Source of the DNA: Anolis carolinensis
Taxonomy: Eukaryota
Direction of reading: 5' to 3'
Length of the DNA: 64,000 nt
NCBI RefSeq assembly: GCF_035594765.1
Contig: NW_026943821.1
Coordinates: forward strand, 17,515,608-17,579,607
Made by a program: the position numbers and the translations under genes. The notes under the pieces were generated by a model, which worked only from the letters and a program-made list of their open reading frames with translations, had not been told where the DNA came from and searched no databases. Positions 35,743 to 49,252 of this stretch are shown here, piece by piece. Each line of letters begins with the position of its first letter. The first letter of the stretch is position 1.

Positions 35743-38665
35743 GTAGGTGATTATATAATCCTTATAACACAATGTGGCATTGTTTAACCACTGTCCAACT
35801 ACAAATATGTTGTAAGAACAAGCCAACAGACAATAATGACTTATGACATTAGCTATCCTGTCTTATGTTGTTATGCTTCTAAGGCTCTTCCATGCAGCTG
35901 AATAAAATCCCACATTATCTGCTTTGAACTGGGATATATGGCAGTGTGGACTTGGGTAACCCAGTTCAAAGCAGATATTGTAGGTTATTCTGCCTTGATA
36001 TTTTAAATTATATGGCTGTGTGGAAGGGCCCTAAGTTGTTCCTAACATAGGGTTGTCTCTGGTGACAAAGAGAATGGAAATCTATAGACCACTGGATTTG
36101 TAGCTGGAGCATTTCATTCCAGTCAACATGGCCAGGAATGATGGAAGCTATAGTTCAACAAAATCGGGGAAAGGGAGCAGAAGTTTAATTTAAAAATGTA
36201 ATTTGAGCAAATGGCTAGAGAAGTATGAGGTGTGATCCACTGCATCAGATGTAGACTTAGCCAAGACAGAATAATGCAGCTGTCATAAATCAAACTTAAG
36301 CTTACTCGTGGCTTTAAAAAAATAAATAAAAATGTGTCCTTTACCCCTAGTGCTGAGGACCAAGATGATCATGGGACAGATCCAGGGCTCTGCTGGTAGA
36401 TACTCTCTCCAGACAGTGGAGAAAGATTTTTGCTGAAATGAGAATACAAAAGCTCCCTGAGGTCCAGCACCATAGAGTCTGTGGCAACTCGGGGAGCTTT
36501 TGTATTCACACACATACATGCATACTTACATACATACATGTTTTGTCATGTTAACAAAATTAAAACAAAACCTCAAAAATAATATGGCTAAGAGGTCCTT
36601 AGTCTCAGGCAGGGAATGATTTCTCTCCATCTGAACCCCTCAGCTAGCCTCTAGCCTTCTGATACAGGGGATGATGCTATTTCATTGCTGGTATTAAGAT
36701 TTCATTATAGTCAGCTTTGGGGAGAAGGGCTATAGCTCAGAGACTGAACACATACTTTGCAACTGGAAATTTCCAGATTTAAACCCTAGCATTTCCATTA
36801 TGGCTAAGAAAGACTATCCCTTGTGTAACCCTGAAAAGCTGCTGCCAATCTTTGTAGGCAGTACTGATCTAGATAGACCAGACAGCTGTATAAAAGGGGA
36901 ATTAGGGAAAAGAACACATGAGGAGTGGCCAACCTCAAAAGGAGATTCTTTTCTATGCTTCGGAGGCTTTCCACATAACCCAAAACTCTGAAAAAAGGGG
37001 AGTTCTGGATAATTGGGAAACAGAATACACGGAGGGCCTCCTCATATATGGAAAGAAATGGAATGGTGAGATGTTTATTTAAGCTACATTAGAAAATGTG
37101 AACATTTAGCCACATTAATCTGTTTCAGAGGAAGGAAGGAAGCAAGCAAGCAAGGTCTTGTGATGCTTTTAAGACTAGCCAATTTATTTCAACATATGGA
37201 TCTGTAGTCCACAAAAGCATATGCTGCAATAACTGGTTAGTCGTCAAGGCACCACAAGACTCCTTTTTTACTTCTCTCTTTAAACACTGTGATATGTTTG
37301 AAGAGGGTTTCAGCCTGAAATGTAGGCAGGTTCCATAATCTCTTACTGTTAACTCTAATGGTTGGGTGGCTGAGTAGTGTGAGCAAAGCATCCGGACCCA
37401 AAGTTTCTTTGCCCCTGGTCAATATCTAAACCATTCAGAGTAATACAGTAGTAACTCTATTTCTTTGTAAGAAAGCTAACTATGATTTCTGATTTTCTTC
37501 CTTTCTATGTCACTTTTGATTCCTGTGCAAAGGTGCATTACTACCAACCCCTCAGAACATCACAATTGTTTCCACCAATATGAAGCACTTTATGTTTTGG
37601 AGCCCAGTGATTGTTCCTGGAGAAATTGTAAAATATTCTGTTGAATATCAAGGGTAATTTTATCATACTTTATCTCCCATTTTGATTGCAGATAAATCAG
37701 TGTAGATAAGCTATAAAACAAAACAAGTAAACAACTTTTGTTACTTTGTTAAAGTTGGAGCCTCCGGTGGCCTAGGGATAAAAGCCTTGTGACCTGAAGG
37801 CTGCCAGGTTTGAATCCCACCCGGGGAGAGCGCTGATGAGCTCCCTTTATCAGCTCCAGCTCCATGCGGGGACATGAAGCCTCCCACAAGGATGGTAAAA
37901 CATCAAAACATCCAGGCATCCCCTGGGCAACGTCCTTGCAGACAGCCAATTCTCTCACTCCAGAAGCAACTCCGGTTGCTCCTGACACGAAGAAAAAAAA
38001 AACTTTGTTAAAGTTGAAGTGAGCAAGGGGCATGATAAATATATATAGAAATATTATGTATGCATTACATTTATAGATCGCTCTACATTTTTTTTTAATG
38101 TCAGGAGTGACTTGAGAAACTACAAGTCACTGCTGGTGTGAGAGAATTGGCCGTCTGCAAGGACGTTGCCCAGGGGATGCCCAGTTGTTTTGATGTTTTT
38201 ACCATCCTTGTGGGAGGCTTCTCTCATGTCCCCGCATGGAGCTGGAGCTGATAGAGGGAGCTCATCTGCACTCTCCCTGGGTTGGATTCAAATTGGCAAC
38301 CTTCAGGTCAGCAGTCTTGCCGGCACAAGGGTTTAACCCACTGCGCCATTGGGGGCTCTACATGAAAGAACAATTTTGAAAACAAGACCAATAGTAAGAG
38401 TTTTTGGGAGATTTGATCAAAAATATCATGAGGGTTAAAGTTTCCTCAGGAGTCATTTCAGTTCTCATATCCTATTGCACATATGTAAGGGCTCAGTATC
38501 AGAGAAGATGGGCCATTTAATTTGGCTCAGAATCAATACCAAACAGGTGCTAATTTAAAGCAAAGGCACTTAGGGAAGGGGGTTTATTAGTATACTTTTA
38601 TTGTGCTTTTGCTTTTTATGTGTTGTTTGCCACTTTGAGTCCCAACCCAGGAGAAAAATGGGATA

Positions 38666-38725
<60 letters not shown>

Positions 38726-41700
38726 TAATAAATAAATAAAGGGCAAAGATTTCAAGGACCAGAATTATCTGCAAATGAGGGTTTTTCCTACATGATTTAA
38801 ACTTCTATTGTTTTCTTCAGGGAGTTTGAGAGGGAATATGTCAATCACAGCTGGATTCCCATTGGAGAGTGTACAGGAATCCAGATGACTCAGTGCAATA
38901 TCACAGAAGACATTGCTGCCACGGTGCCATACAAGCTGCGTGTTAAAGCTGTTCTCGGGATGCAGACCTCACAATGGGGCACTCCTAATGGCTTTTTCAA
39001 CCGAGTTACAAGTAAGTGGCTTCAGCCGTGTCTCCTTATGTGATAGAAAGCCTCCTTTGGTCTCTGCATCTACCATTGATCCCGTCACACACAGTAATTG
39101 TTTTAACTATTCCCGGAGAAGGAGCCTAAGGGGCCCCATACATAGACACATACACAAACACATGCAAAAGACGTATTTCAAGTCTATGCAAGATTGTGAA
39201 ATGCCGATCTCTAGTCGTGCAATCCAGTTTTTTTACTCTTCTTCAGCCCCGAGGAACTTCTACTAGAAAAAACAAGAATGGATTTGGAGAAATACACGAA
39301 AAATGTAATATGATGTCCTGCATGGATGTGAGTCAGAGAGTGTATCTGTGTAATGGAAAGGTTACTTTCTTGGACTAAACTGACTGGTCTTTGAGATGTA
39401 GCAAGAATCTTTGCTGATATTTGTTGTCATGTATCTTCAGGTAGATTCCACTTTACAACAGAGTGTGTTTTACCCAAGGTCACCTAGAGAGCTTCCATGA
39501 GTTTCAAACCCTTTGGATGTTGTCCAGTCTTGTAATTATCCCACTTGCATTATGGTTGGGTACAAGCCAGTGTTACCTGAGGCTTCAGGGCATCTCAGTC
39601 ATGGGAGCCAGAAACCTATGTCAGTTTAGGTCCTGCTGGAGCACAAAAACATGTCAGCACCTGTACCAAAGTACTGGCAGCACTGAAGTTGTTGCCTAGT
39701 GTTCCATTGAGGAGTTTAGTAATTTGCAAGAAAAGGGAATCATAATGTTATTGCTGCCAATAAAATCTAGGTCAAAGCCAGTATTTCATGGTGCAAGTCA
39801 GAGACAGAAAAGAGAAATGTGTATATATGTCAGAATATGTATGTATGTTTGTTGCTTTGTACCACAAAGGCTCTTAGATGGCTTGATGGGTCTGGACCAA
39901 ACTTGGCACATATATTCTTCATTATCCAACTTAAAATAAGGGTGTTGAACTAAGAGAACCACCCCCATTGGGCCCAGAGCTGAAGGAAAGAACATACATT
40001 AAGTGGATTGGATGTGGTTAGATGATGTGGTTCTTTTGTGATGTCACAAGAAAGGGAGTGAAGTGGCTTAGCTCCTGCTAGGTGACATGTGTATGAGAGA
40101 AAGGAAGTAAGGAAGGAAAGAGCAAAAGAAAAAGAAGGAAAAGAAGGAAAGTGAGAAGGTAGGGAGAAAGAAAAAGGAGGGAAGGAAGTGAGGAAAGAGA
40201 AAGAAGGAAGAGAAAGGATGGGAAGAAAGAAGGGACAAAAGAAGGGAGGGATTCAAAAAAAGAATGGAATATTTAATAAAATGGAACAAAGTGAAATAAA
40301 ATATAGTTCATGCTTAGGAAGATATAGAAGAGAAGCAAGGGCCTGGGAGTGGTCTGGCTTCATGAAAAAGAGAGGATGCCACTTTATCTCATTCAGGCTT
40401 GTCGCCCTTGGAAAACCATGCATCCTTAATAATAAATCCCTTTTTATTAGCGGTGGGGGTAGTGGTGTTTGATAACATTTCTAATAAATAGCATTACATA
40501 ATAACTAACCTGAGCAACTCTGGATACATAAGCTAGTCCTTTATAAAATAGGACACATGAACAGCAAGGCCTGTGGAAACAATTATGGTTCCCTTGGGTT
40601 GATATGTAACAAGCATTCTTTCCTGTTGAGGGATTTCTGCATTGTAACATGACATATATGAATCTTTTTTCTCCACAGCCTCCCTCATTCCACCTGTGTT
40701 GAGTGTTATAGCAGATGGATATCATTTGCTCGTAGAGTTAGAGCATCTTGGACCTGCCTTTGAATTTAGGATATTTTACTGGAGAAAGGGCCAACATGAG
40801 GTACATTTTGGTTTTGTATCGGAATTGAGAACTCAATGGTCAGCACGCTAAGGGATTGGGAGGCTTTATCTTTGGATATATCTCCACTACACAATTATAT
40901 TAATTTCATACCACTCCAGATTTGTCTTGACTCCATTCTAAAAAAGCTTGTGATTTAGTTTGAAGTGGTACTTGGACTATTATGGCAATGTCCATTGCCC
41001 TGAGCCCTAAGCTTCTATCTACACTGGAGAATTAATTGAACTGATTTAAACTGTGTAGTGAGAAATATATTTTAGCTTTATCTTTTTAAGCTTCAGAAAC
41101 TATATAAAACTCTCCTATCTATACATATAAAAGTCAAAGTATGTATGTTTGTCAGTTTGTACCACAGAGACTGTTGCTAGGTGAAGTGACCCTCTGATTT
41201 CACTGGATTGCTGTTACTACAGTGAAGTGGCTGTCTGTAATGTCACTGAGAAATAATTGTGACATGTGCATGAGGGGAAGGAATGGAAAAAGAAAGGAAA
41301 TAAAGGAAATGAGAAGCAGGGGGAGAAAGATAAAGGAGGGAGGGAAGGCATGAAGGAAGGAAAAGAAAGGAAAGGTATGAGGGGAGGGGGAAAGGTCTGA
41401 GGAGAGGAAAGGAAAGAAAAGAGGAAGGAAGGAAGCAGGCAAGCAAGCAGGAAGGGAGTGGCCCCTCCAACATCTGGGCAAGACTGGATATATACACTTG
41501 TATTTTATAATAGGCAGTTGATACTTAGAATTAAGTGAGGAGAGAAATTTAATTTACTGTAGTTACCTATAATTCCATCTTAGTTTGTAATTGCTACTTT
41601 GATAAAGCCCAAGTAAACAAATATGTAATTTCAACAAAAACAAACTGATTTTAAACTACCTTGAAATCATGTCATAATAAGCCAATAATGTCACCAACCA

Positions 41701-44700
41701 CCAACAGTATTCCAGAGAATACTGATCAGCTTTCCTGGGCTGTTCCAGCCAATGACAGTGACCAAAATTACCAGTAAGTCAATCTTTAACTCTGGTTTGA
41801 TTCACATTTTATCTCTCTGAATGCCTGTCTTCCTGTTCCCATACCAACCCAGAATCATAAGCAGAGATTTCTTCTTGGTCTTTGGAGTCTGGTTTTTTAG
41901 AAAGGAAAAAATCAAGGATCCTGGTTTAGATGTACCCAAATAAACCATAAAGTAAGGTTACCCGGTTTCTTTAGCTACTGCTGCAGGCATAAGAAGCCAA
42001 ACAATTGTGGTTGGAGAGTGTGTTTCCTTTTCATGGCATCTAGTAAAGACTAGTGTATACACCAAGTGTCAGAGGAGCCATTGCTCACCTGCTTTCTCCC
42101 CTTTCCTGTTCTGAGATGGCCTACCTCAAAATGTCTCCATGGCTATGCTCTGTAACAGTGGGAAGGCTCTTTGTGGCTTTTTCTTTACTTCCTCCATTTC
42201 CCTCATACACCTAGCACATACACATTGCAACAGGCAATGTACTTTACTCCATTTACTTCCCAGTCATATCACAGAGGACCATTTCACCTAGCTACAGCCA
42301 ATTTGCTTTATTCCTCCCCACACCACTTTGCTCTGGGCTCTGGTGGTTTTTGTTTTGTTTTGTTCAAACACCTCAATTATTTTTGGTTGGATAATGAAGG
42401 GTATGTATGGCAAGTTTGATCCAGATCCATCAAGCCATGTAGGAGCCTTTGTGGTATAAACCAACCATTCAACCAGCATACATACATACATTGACTTTTA
42501 TATATATAGAAAGATGATGATGATGAGAGCTCAATATATATAGATGTCAGCTATAGTTCCAATTCAGTGATGCACATTATGTTGCCAAGGATTGCTATCA
42601 TATTTGGAAAACCCTTTCACTCTGGATTTTGCAAAAGCAGATGCGACGCAAAGTGGTGAGAGACAGCAGCACAGCTGTACATCTGGAGACCATAGAAGCT
42701 GAAACTGAATACTGTGTGAAAGCCCAAACATATGTTCAGGTCATCAATCGAAGCAGCAATTTCAGTGATGTGCAGTGTGTGAGAGCTGGAGGTAAAAACA
42801 AATATACAGTATAATATTTTAGAATTTAAGACTTCTAAGCTCATCTCTTGCTTAATATAGGAAATTAAGACTAGATCATCCCACTAGAAGATGTCTAACA
42901 AGGAAGACCAACTATTCTGGATGTTTTATTTAATTGCTTTTACTATATGAAAAAGAAGGGAATATCTGACCTCCAAACCTAATCTGGCCAATAAACTATC
43001 CCAGACTGGCTTATAAAGGGTCTAGTCCAGTGATGTCAAATTCATTTTCACCAGTGGCCATGATTGTCTTCAATGGGCCATTTGTAATTGTAAGACCATA
43101 TAAATGTAATTATGTTGCCCTGGCACTGAAAGCCCTGCAGGCCACATAATATGACATAGTGGCCTAGATTCGTCCCATAGAGCCTTACATTTGACATGGT
43201 GTTCTAGGAGATACTTCCCTGCAAAGCCACACCCTTGGTGAACCCCCTCCTCACCTGCATTGCACTCAGTCCCTATGAAGAGAGCTGTTATCTCCAAGTA
43301 GGGATTGGAAATAAATCTCAGATTTCCCCAATGATCTCTAGTGCTCAGTAATCTCTGACCAGAAAGAATAGCAGGAAGCTTTGGCTGAACAGTGTGCCTC
43401 CTGGTGAGGGAAAGTATAGGACATTATTAGTTGCCCAGACCTGCAGCCAGAGAAATTGTGATGTCATGGGTTGGTCACATTGCAATATCTATATCCCTCA
43501 TCATCTGGCCCACTCAGGGTGAAGAACTGATCTTCGGTCCTAAATCAGATTCTCAATCCATTTGGCTCATTCAAAGGTTAGAATCTAACCTAGGACCCTG
43601 GGTCAGGTCTTCACCTTGGTTCACAGCTTTGTACTAATGCTCAGTTGATATCTACTCTTCTGGTAATGAAAGATCTGAAAAGTAGTTTTGAAGTGCTTGT
43701 GTTTTTCTGCATTCCTATTAACTGTACTCTCTTTTCATGTCCAGATGGCAAAGGAATATGGGTAACATTTGCGCCACTCTTCTTGGTCATATTTATCCTA
43801 TCCACTTTGTTGTTTCCTTGGGTTATATGGAAAATCTGCCGGATCTGCCAGTATTCCTGTTGCCCAAATGAAAACATGCCAGACACTTTGGTAAGAAATG
43901 TTTGGAGCACTTCATCCTTAAAGCTTGGGGAATTCGGGGAGTTGTATTTGTGGTGCAGGCTCTTTGACTGTTGCTAGATGAATTGGCCTTTTGTGATGTC
44001 ACTAGATTGGCTATTGCTAGGTAAAGGATTGGCTGCTGCTAAGTGAAGTGGTCCTCTGTGATGTCACTGGGAAAGAAAGGTGACATGTGTTTGAGGGGAA
44101 GGGAGGAAGGTAGGAAAGGGCCACAAAAACAACCATGTTGCCATGGAGACTTTGTGATGTAGGCCCTCTCATAGAAAGGGAGGGAAAGGAGAGAGGAAAG
44201 AAAGGGAAGGGAGAACAAAAAAGGAGGAAAGAGAAAGGGGGAAAAGATCTGTGGGGAAGGTAGAAAGAAGGGATAAAAGTAGCCCCTCTGACACTTGTGC
44301 AACGCTGGGTATATACGCTAATAGATAAGATATAAGCAGCTGTAGCTCTCCATACACATAAACCAGCACGAGCCAACAGAGGCAATGATGAGGGTCGATG
44401 GGAGCTTCAGTCTATCAGCCTCTGGCAGTCCATAATTGGCACTGAGAGGCATTAGAGGCTGCCCCTAGGAGTCACGTGCAGTTCACTGTGATATCCTTCT
44501 GTCACTTTGCCTTCCCCAATGACAGAAGAATATTACAAAGTTTCAAAGTTTGCCTTTTGTGTCTGTGAAGTGGGTAAAAGGAGTATGTGTCTTGCACCAT
44601 AAGCCAACGGCATGTAGCATTTTCTTTTTATCTCTCTGTCATACAACTCCTACCTATACAAACAGTAACCATTTTGGTTACTTATGAAAAACATGGAAGT

Positions 44701-44960
44701 AAAACATGGGACTTAATTTCCTGAAATGGTAACTATAACAATAGCTAAATATTGTGCAGGGCTTCTGGTATAATCTGGTACATTGTTTTTCTGCAACAGA
44801 GCAAATGTTCTCCCTGATTAAGCAGCTTTCTTTCATCTTCCAGAAACTAACAGGATCACCTGCTAGGATGCTAAATTACAAGGGGGAGGAGATCGAGAAG
44901 TGCGATGAGTTTGTGCAAGTCCTGCCCCCTGAAGAGTTTTTACTCCTTTTGGATTCATGA
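35676..44960 (+). CDS. IL20RB: Interleukin-20 receptor subunit beta (class II cytokine receptor), 7 coding exons, about 304 aa
   Basis: Exons 35676-35742, 37533-37653, 38821-39011, 40679-40800, 42641-42791, 43745-43890, 44844-44960. Recognisable IL20RB motifs LPTPQNITIVSTNMKH, SVEYQGE, ITEDIAATVPYKLRV, DGYHLLVELEHLGP, VHLETI..YCVKAQT, TM then QYSCCP..PDTLK. Confidence 0.93.
37533..37653 (+). CDS. IL20RB: IL20RB exon 2
   Basis: ALLPTPQNITIVSTNMKHFMFWSPVIVPGEIVKYSVEYQG. Confidence 0.93.
38821..39011 (+). CDS. IL20RB: IL20RB exon 3
   Basis: EFEREYVNHSWIPIGEC..CNITEDIAATVPYKLRV..FFNRVT. Confidence 0.93.
39822..40536 (+). mobile_element. Older Helitron-like family; also 41118-41500(+), 42050-42510(-), about 43970-44321(+)
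   Basis: TC(TATA)n-AAAAGTCA..TATGTATG 5' ends, CTAG/CTAA-type 3' ends, shared internal sequence. Confidence 0.55.
40679..40800 (+). CDS. IL20RB: IL20RB exon 4
   Basis: SLIPPVLSVIADGYHLLVELEHLGPAFEFRIFYWRKGQHE. Confidence 0.93.
42641..42791 (+). CDS. IL20RB: IL20RB exon 5
   Basis: MRRKVVRDSSTAVHLETIEAETEYCVKAQT..FSDVQCVRAG; tandem acceptor (start 42638 or 42641). Confidence 0.9.
43745..43890 (+). CDS. IL20RB: IL20RB exon 6 (transmembrane)
   Basis: Hydrophobic TM followed by WKICRICQYSCCPNENMPDTL|gtaag. Confidence 0.93.
44844..44960 (+). CDS. IL20RB: IL20RB exon 7 (cytoplasmic tail, stop)
   Basis: KLTGSPARMLNYKGEEIEKC..PPEEFLLLLDS*. Confidence 0.9.
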   Translation, partial: KLTGSPARMLNYKGEEIEKCDEFVQVLPPEEFLLLLDS

Positions 44961-47859
44961 AAACCTTTCACATCATACGCATGACACAAACTGCAAAATA
45001 AGAGCTCAGTCTCTACCTTCATCTTTGCAAAGCCAAGCTGGGCACACACAACTTTTCTGTATGGGAAGGATCAGGTTGCTTTCTTTGAAAGAAAAAGTGC
45101 CACATGGTAAATCAGGCCATAGTTCCTGTGCACAAGATTTTAGGAGGAAAGTCGGAGCAAATCCATTATCTCCAGTTGATAAAGAATAGGAGCTACCGTA
45201 AGAATAAAACATACACTGTTCATAAATATTTGTTGTCATCTGCTGAACTAAGATGTTGGGATGTTGGTAGTTCAGTATGGCAGTGTTTTGTATACAGAAG
45301 AATAGTCTTGGTAGAAGATAAATGTCAAAATCCATATTGATGTTGATTTTGAAAGACAGATCTCTGGCAGTGAGCAAGAGATAGACATCTAGGGATCGAG
45401 TGCAGGTTGTGAAGAACATAATTTGCATACATATCATGCAGGTTCAGTTCTTTGCATACACATATAAAGGGATCACATAGCAGGTGATGTAAAAAAGATC
45501 TTGTCAGAGATTATGGAGAGTTAGTGACTGGGGTAAATGGGGTAGAGTTCAAATTAGTATAAAACAGCCTCCCATATTCTGCATAGCTAAGATTTCCAGC
45601 AAGCTGCATGTAGATTAATATTCTTCATAGGCATTCTTCCATAGCAGACAAAAATACTGTTTGGAAATGGGATATTTTATTGATGAACTCATGTGGACAC
45701 TGCGTAACCTTCATGTGTAAACTGGTTTCAACAGACAGAAAAGGTCATTATTACATACATTTAACTCTTGCATATTACAACCACAAGGAAGTAAAACAAA
45801 ACTGATCTTTACAATATTCACCAATAATTCCAAATGGTCAGTTCATAATTGCTAGGCAAGGTGTTGTATTCTAAGAAGTCCTAGTCAAAACCAGTACAAG
45901 AAAACCCCTCACTTTTAATGCATGGCTTTTGAATCAAGTGTAGAATTCGGCAGCAGGTGGATTGTCTGCCTTGCATTCAACAGTAACTTCTTGCTTTCCC
46001 AGCTTAATTCTAGATTCTTCAGAACTTTATACACCCAGTTATTGCTGTTGATTGGCTTAAAAATGATAACAGCATTTTCAAATTGATTTAATCCACTTGG
46101 TACAGAACAGCAGTTAGGAACTTGAAAATAATTTCAAGTAAAACCTATTTCTGGACCAGCGTTTACATCAAAGGGTGGGAAGATTTGATCCTCCAAATAT
46201 TTGGGTTACAGCTTCTAGAATCATTCAACACTGACCATGTAGACAGGCTCTGATAATTGTAGGCAAAAACATCCAGAGTCCCAAACAGTTTTTAAGGAAA
46301 ATGTATAGAAATTTGGTATGGGATTTAAAAAAAAAAACATTGATATGCTTGGAAAATACGTTTGTAAAACTGAAATGTGTGAATATGTGATGTGGTTGTT
46401 GTTGTGTGCCCTTAAGTCATTTCCAGTTTACAGTGACCCTAACACAAACCTGCTGTGGGATTTGCCCAGAAGTGGTTTACCATTGCTTTTGATAATCAGT
46501 ACACAAACGATCACCCACAAATCTGTTTCATATATTTTTTGGTGTCAGTCAATAAACAACTGTAATGTCTTAAGTCTTTGTTTATGAAATATATTTTATA
46601 TACTTTAATCAATTCTAGTTTGCTATGTGAGCAATGAAAGGAATAAAAGGCATTGTGTAATATGTACAATGATGTTGCTGCATACAAATGTGGGAGTTGA
46701 AAGATAGCACTAGCAGTAGGGAATTTGCATGTAGTCCCTACTCAATAAATCCCACAGTAAATCTGGGAAAACCGGGTTGTGTAATAGTACTATTAAAAGA
46801 ATAAACGAGGGTTGCCACATTTTCCTGTCTGTTTCTCTCAGCACAAGATAGGCTTTCCACTGATACAGCATTTTTCCAAGGGACTGGCTCTAGAAAGGTG
46901 TTACACAAATTTATGCCTGTTACTCAAGCTGTTAAAAGCATAGAATGATCATTCTTTAAACCAAAACAACCTGCTTCAAGGAAAAGTGAAATGAGCAGTG
47001 AGTTTTACATTTCTTTTCCAGGAACAGAGTTTGCTTTCACCTTAACCATTGGTTCGGCCCATTGAGTACGAGATCTGCCAAAGGGCTGTTTGTGGTCTCT
47101 TGGTATCCAGTTCGTTAGTTGACATGTCGTCAGTTGTCTTTTGTTCATGCTATATGCCCTGCCCATCTTCTCTTGGCCTCATAGATTTCATCGACCACAT
47201 CACGTATCCCGGTTCTTTGGACGCAGCTCTTTATCGGTGACTTTATCTCATATTATTATTATTACAGTAGAGTCTCACTTATCCAACATTCGCTTATCCA
47301 ACATTCTGGATTATCCAAAGCATTTTTATAGTCAATGTTTTCAGTAGATCGTGATATTTTGGTGCTAAATTCATAAATACAGTAATTACTACATAGCATT
47401 ACTGCGTATTGAACTACTTTTTCTGTCAAATTTGTTGTATAACATGATGTTTTGGTGCTTAATTTGTTAAAAAAAAATCGTGTCAGGAGTAACCGAAGTT
47501 GCTTCTGGAGTGAGAGAATTGGCCGTCTGCAAGGACGTTGCCTATGGGACGCCCGGATGTTTTGATGTTTTACCATCCTTGTGGGAGGCTTCTCTCATGT
47601 CCCCGCATGGAGCTGGAGCTGAAAGAGGGAGCTCATCCGCGCTCTCCCCGGGTGGGATGCAAACCTGGCAGCTTTCAGGTCAGCAACCCAACCTTCAAGT
47701 CACCAGGCTTTTATCTCCTAGGCCACCCGTTTGTAAAATCATAACCTAATTTGATGTTTAGTAGACTTTTCCTTGATCCCTCATTATCCAACATATTCAC
47801 TTATCCGACGTTCTGCCGGCCTGTTTATGTTGGATAAGTGAGACTCTACTGTATTATTA

Positions 47860-48200
47860 AATGGCTTGCTTTGAGTTTTCCAGGCTGTATAGCCATGTTC
47901 CAGAAGCATCCCCTCCTGATGTTTCACCTACATCTATGGCAGGCATCCTCAGAGGTTGTGAGGTCTATTGGAAACTAGGCAAGTGAGGTTTATAGATCTG
48001 TGGAATGTCCAGGGTGGGAGAAATTACAGTTTTCTGTTTGAGGCAGGTGTGAATTAGCATTGAATAGCCTTGCAGCTTCCAAAGCTTGGCTGCTTCCTGC
48101 CTGGGGGAATCGTCAGGCGAGAAGGCTTCTGGGGCATAGCCATGCAGCCTTGAAAACTCACAGCAACCCAATGATTCAGGCCATGAACGCCTTTGACTAC
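47860..48200. mobile_element. Penelope-like element fragment with inversion
   Basis: Minus-strand pLTR and 3' region, then an inverted pLTR starting at CGTCAGG (about 48110). Confidence 0.7.
47915..47955 (-). ncRNA. Minimal hammerhead motif (core intact, AUC triplet, helix III mismatch) in a Penelope-like element
   Basis: Minus strand reads cctCTGAGGAtgcctgccatagatgtaggtGAAACATCagg. Confidence 0.55.
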
Positions 48201-48226
48201 ACATCAAATGGGGAAATGGTTTAACT

Positions 48227-48420
48227 CTGGCATGGGCAAACTTCGGCCCTTCAGGTGTTTTGGACTCCAACTCCCACAATTCCTAACAGCCTCGGGCCCC
48301 TTTCTTTTACCCCCCAGCCGCTTAAGCGGCTGGGGGGTAAAAGGAAAGGGCCCGAGGCTGTTAGGAATTGTGGGAGTTGGAGTCCAAAACACCTGGAGGG
48401 CCAAAGTTTGCCCATGCCTG
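48227..48420. mobile_element. Palindromic hAT MITE (194 bp)
   Basis: TIR C(A/T)GGCATGGGCAAACTT extended into a near-full hairpin; 8-bp TSD GTTTAACT. Confidence 0.88.
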
Positions 48421-48931
48421 GTTTAACTCCTTCAACCTCCGCCCAGCCTTGTAAAATGGGCTATCCTTCTCTCTCTAGCTCCCCCTTGTGGCCTCCGTCT
48501 CGATAACGACACCGGACCCAAAGTTCTTGTGACGGACATTTTGTAAAGGTAGCTACCGTTTTCCATTTTCTCTGTGGCGACTTTTGGGGAGCCTTGTGTT
48601 CTTGTATTCACATACACAGAGGCACCAAAGCGAACGAAAACAGCCACGGGCCTTCTCTGACCTTCCAGCTGGAAACAGAACAAAGATGGCGCCGTCTTCA
48701 ACAAGCAGGAAAGGCAAAAAAAGGCGACGAAAAGGCCTGATATTATTGAAGGCCCGCCCAGCGCATGCGTAGAACGCTCGACGTCAGTTGATATACATTT
48801 CCCCGCCCCCCCTACGCGCACTTCCGGTGCGCCAAGGGATCCGGAGCGCGTGGAGCTCTGCGCGCGTACATTTCCGGTTTTGGAATTTGAGGCGCGTGTG
48901 GCGTGTCTTCGGTCTGTGGTCGACAGCCAAC

Positions 48932-48941
48932 ATGAGGCCCG
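48932..48941 (+). CDS. FBL: FBL exon 1 (10 coding nt)
   Basis: ATGAGGCCCG|GTGAGA. Confidence 0.9.
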
Positions 48942-49213
48942 GTGAGAGCGAGGGAAGGAGCGAAGCAGGGAGGAGCTGGACACGGGCCCTTAAGGTCGTC
49001 GGGAGGGAGGGAGGTTGAGACGTAGCCTGGCCTGACCTCTGCCTTGTGCGTGTCCTGCAGGTTTCAGCCCCCGCGGGGGACGTGGGGACCGCGGAGGACG
49101 CGGCGGCTTCGGGGATCGTGGACGCGGAGGCTTCCGAGGAGGTCGAGGTGGGTTTCGCGCTCGATTTATTTTCAGCCAAAGCTGCCAAAAGTTCCTTTTT
49201 TGGATTACAGTGG

Positions 49214-49252
<39 letters not shown>

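Larger units (their letters stand above)
48650..49170 (+). promoter_or_regulatory. FBL CpG-island promoter
   Basis: YY1-type AAGATGGCG at 48683, NRF1-type GCGCATGCG at 48761, ETS-type ACTTCCGG at 48820, high CpG density. Confidence 0.7.
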
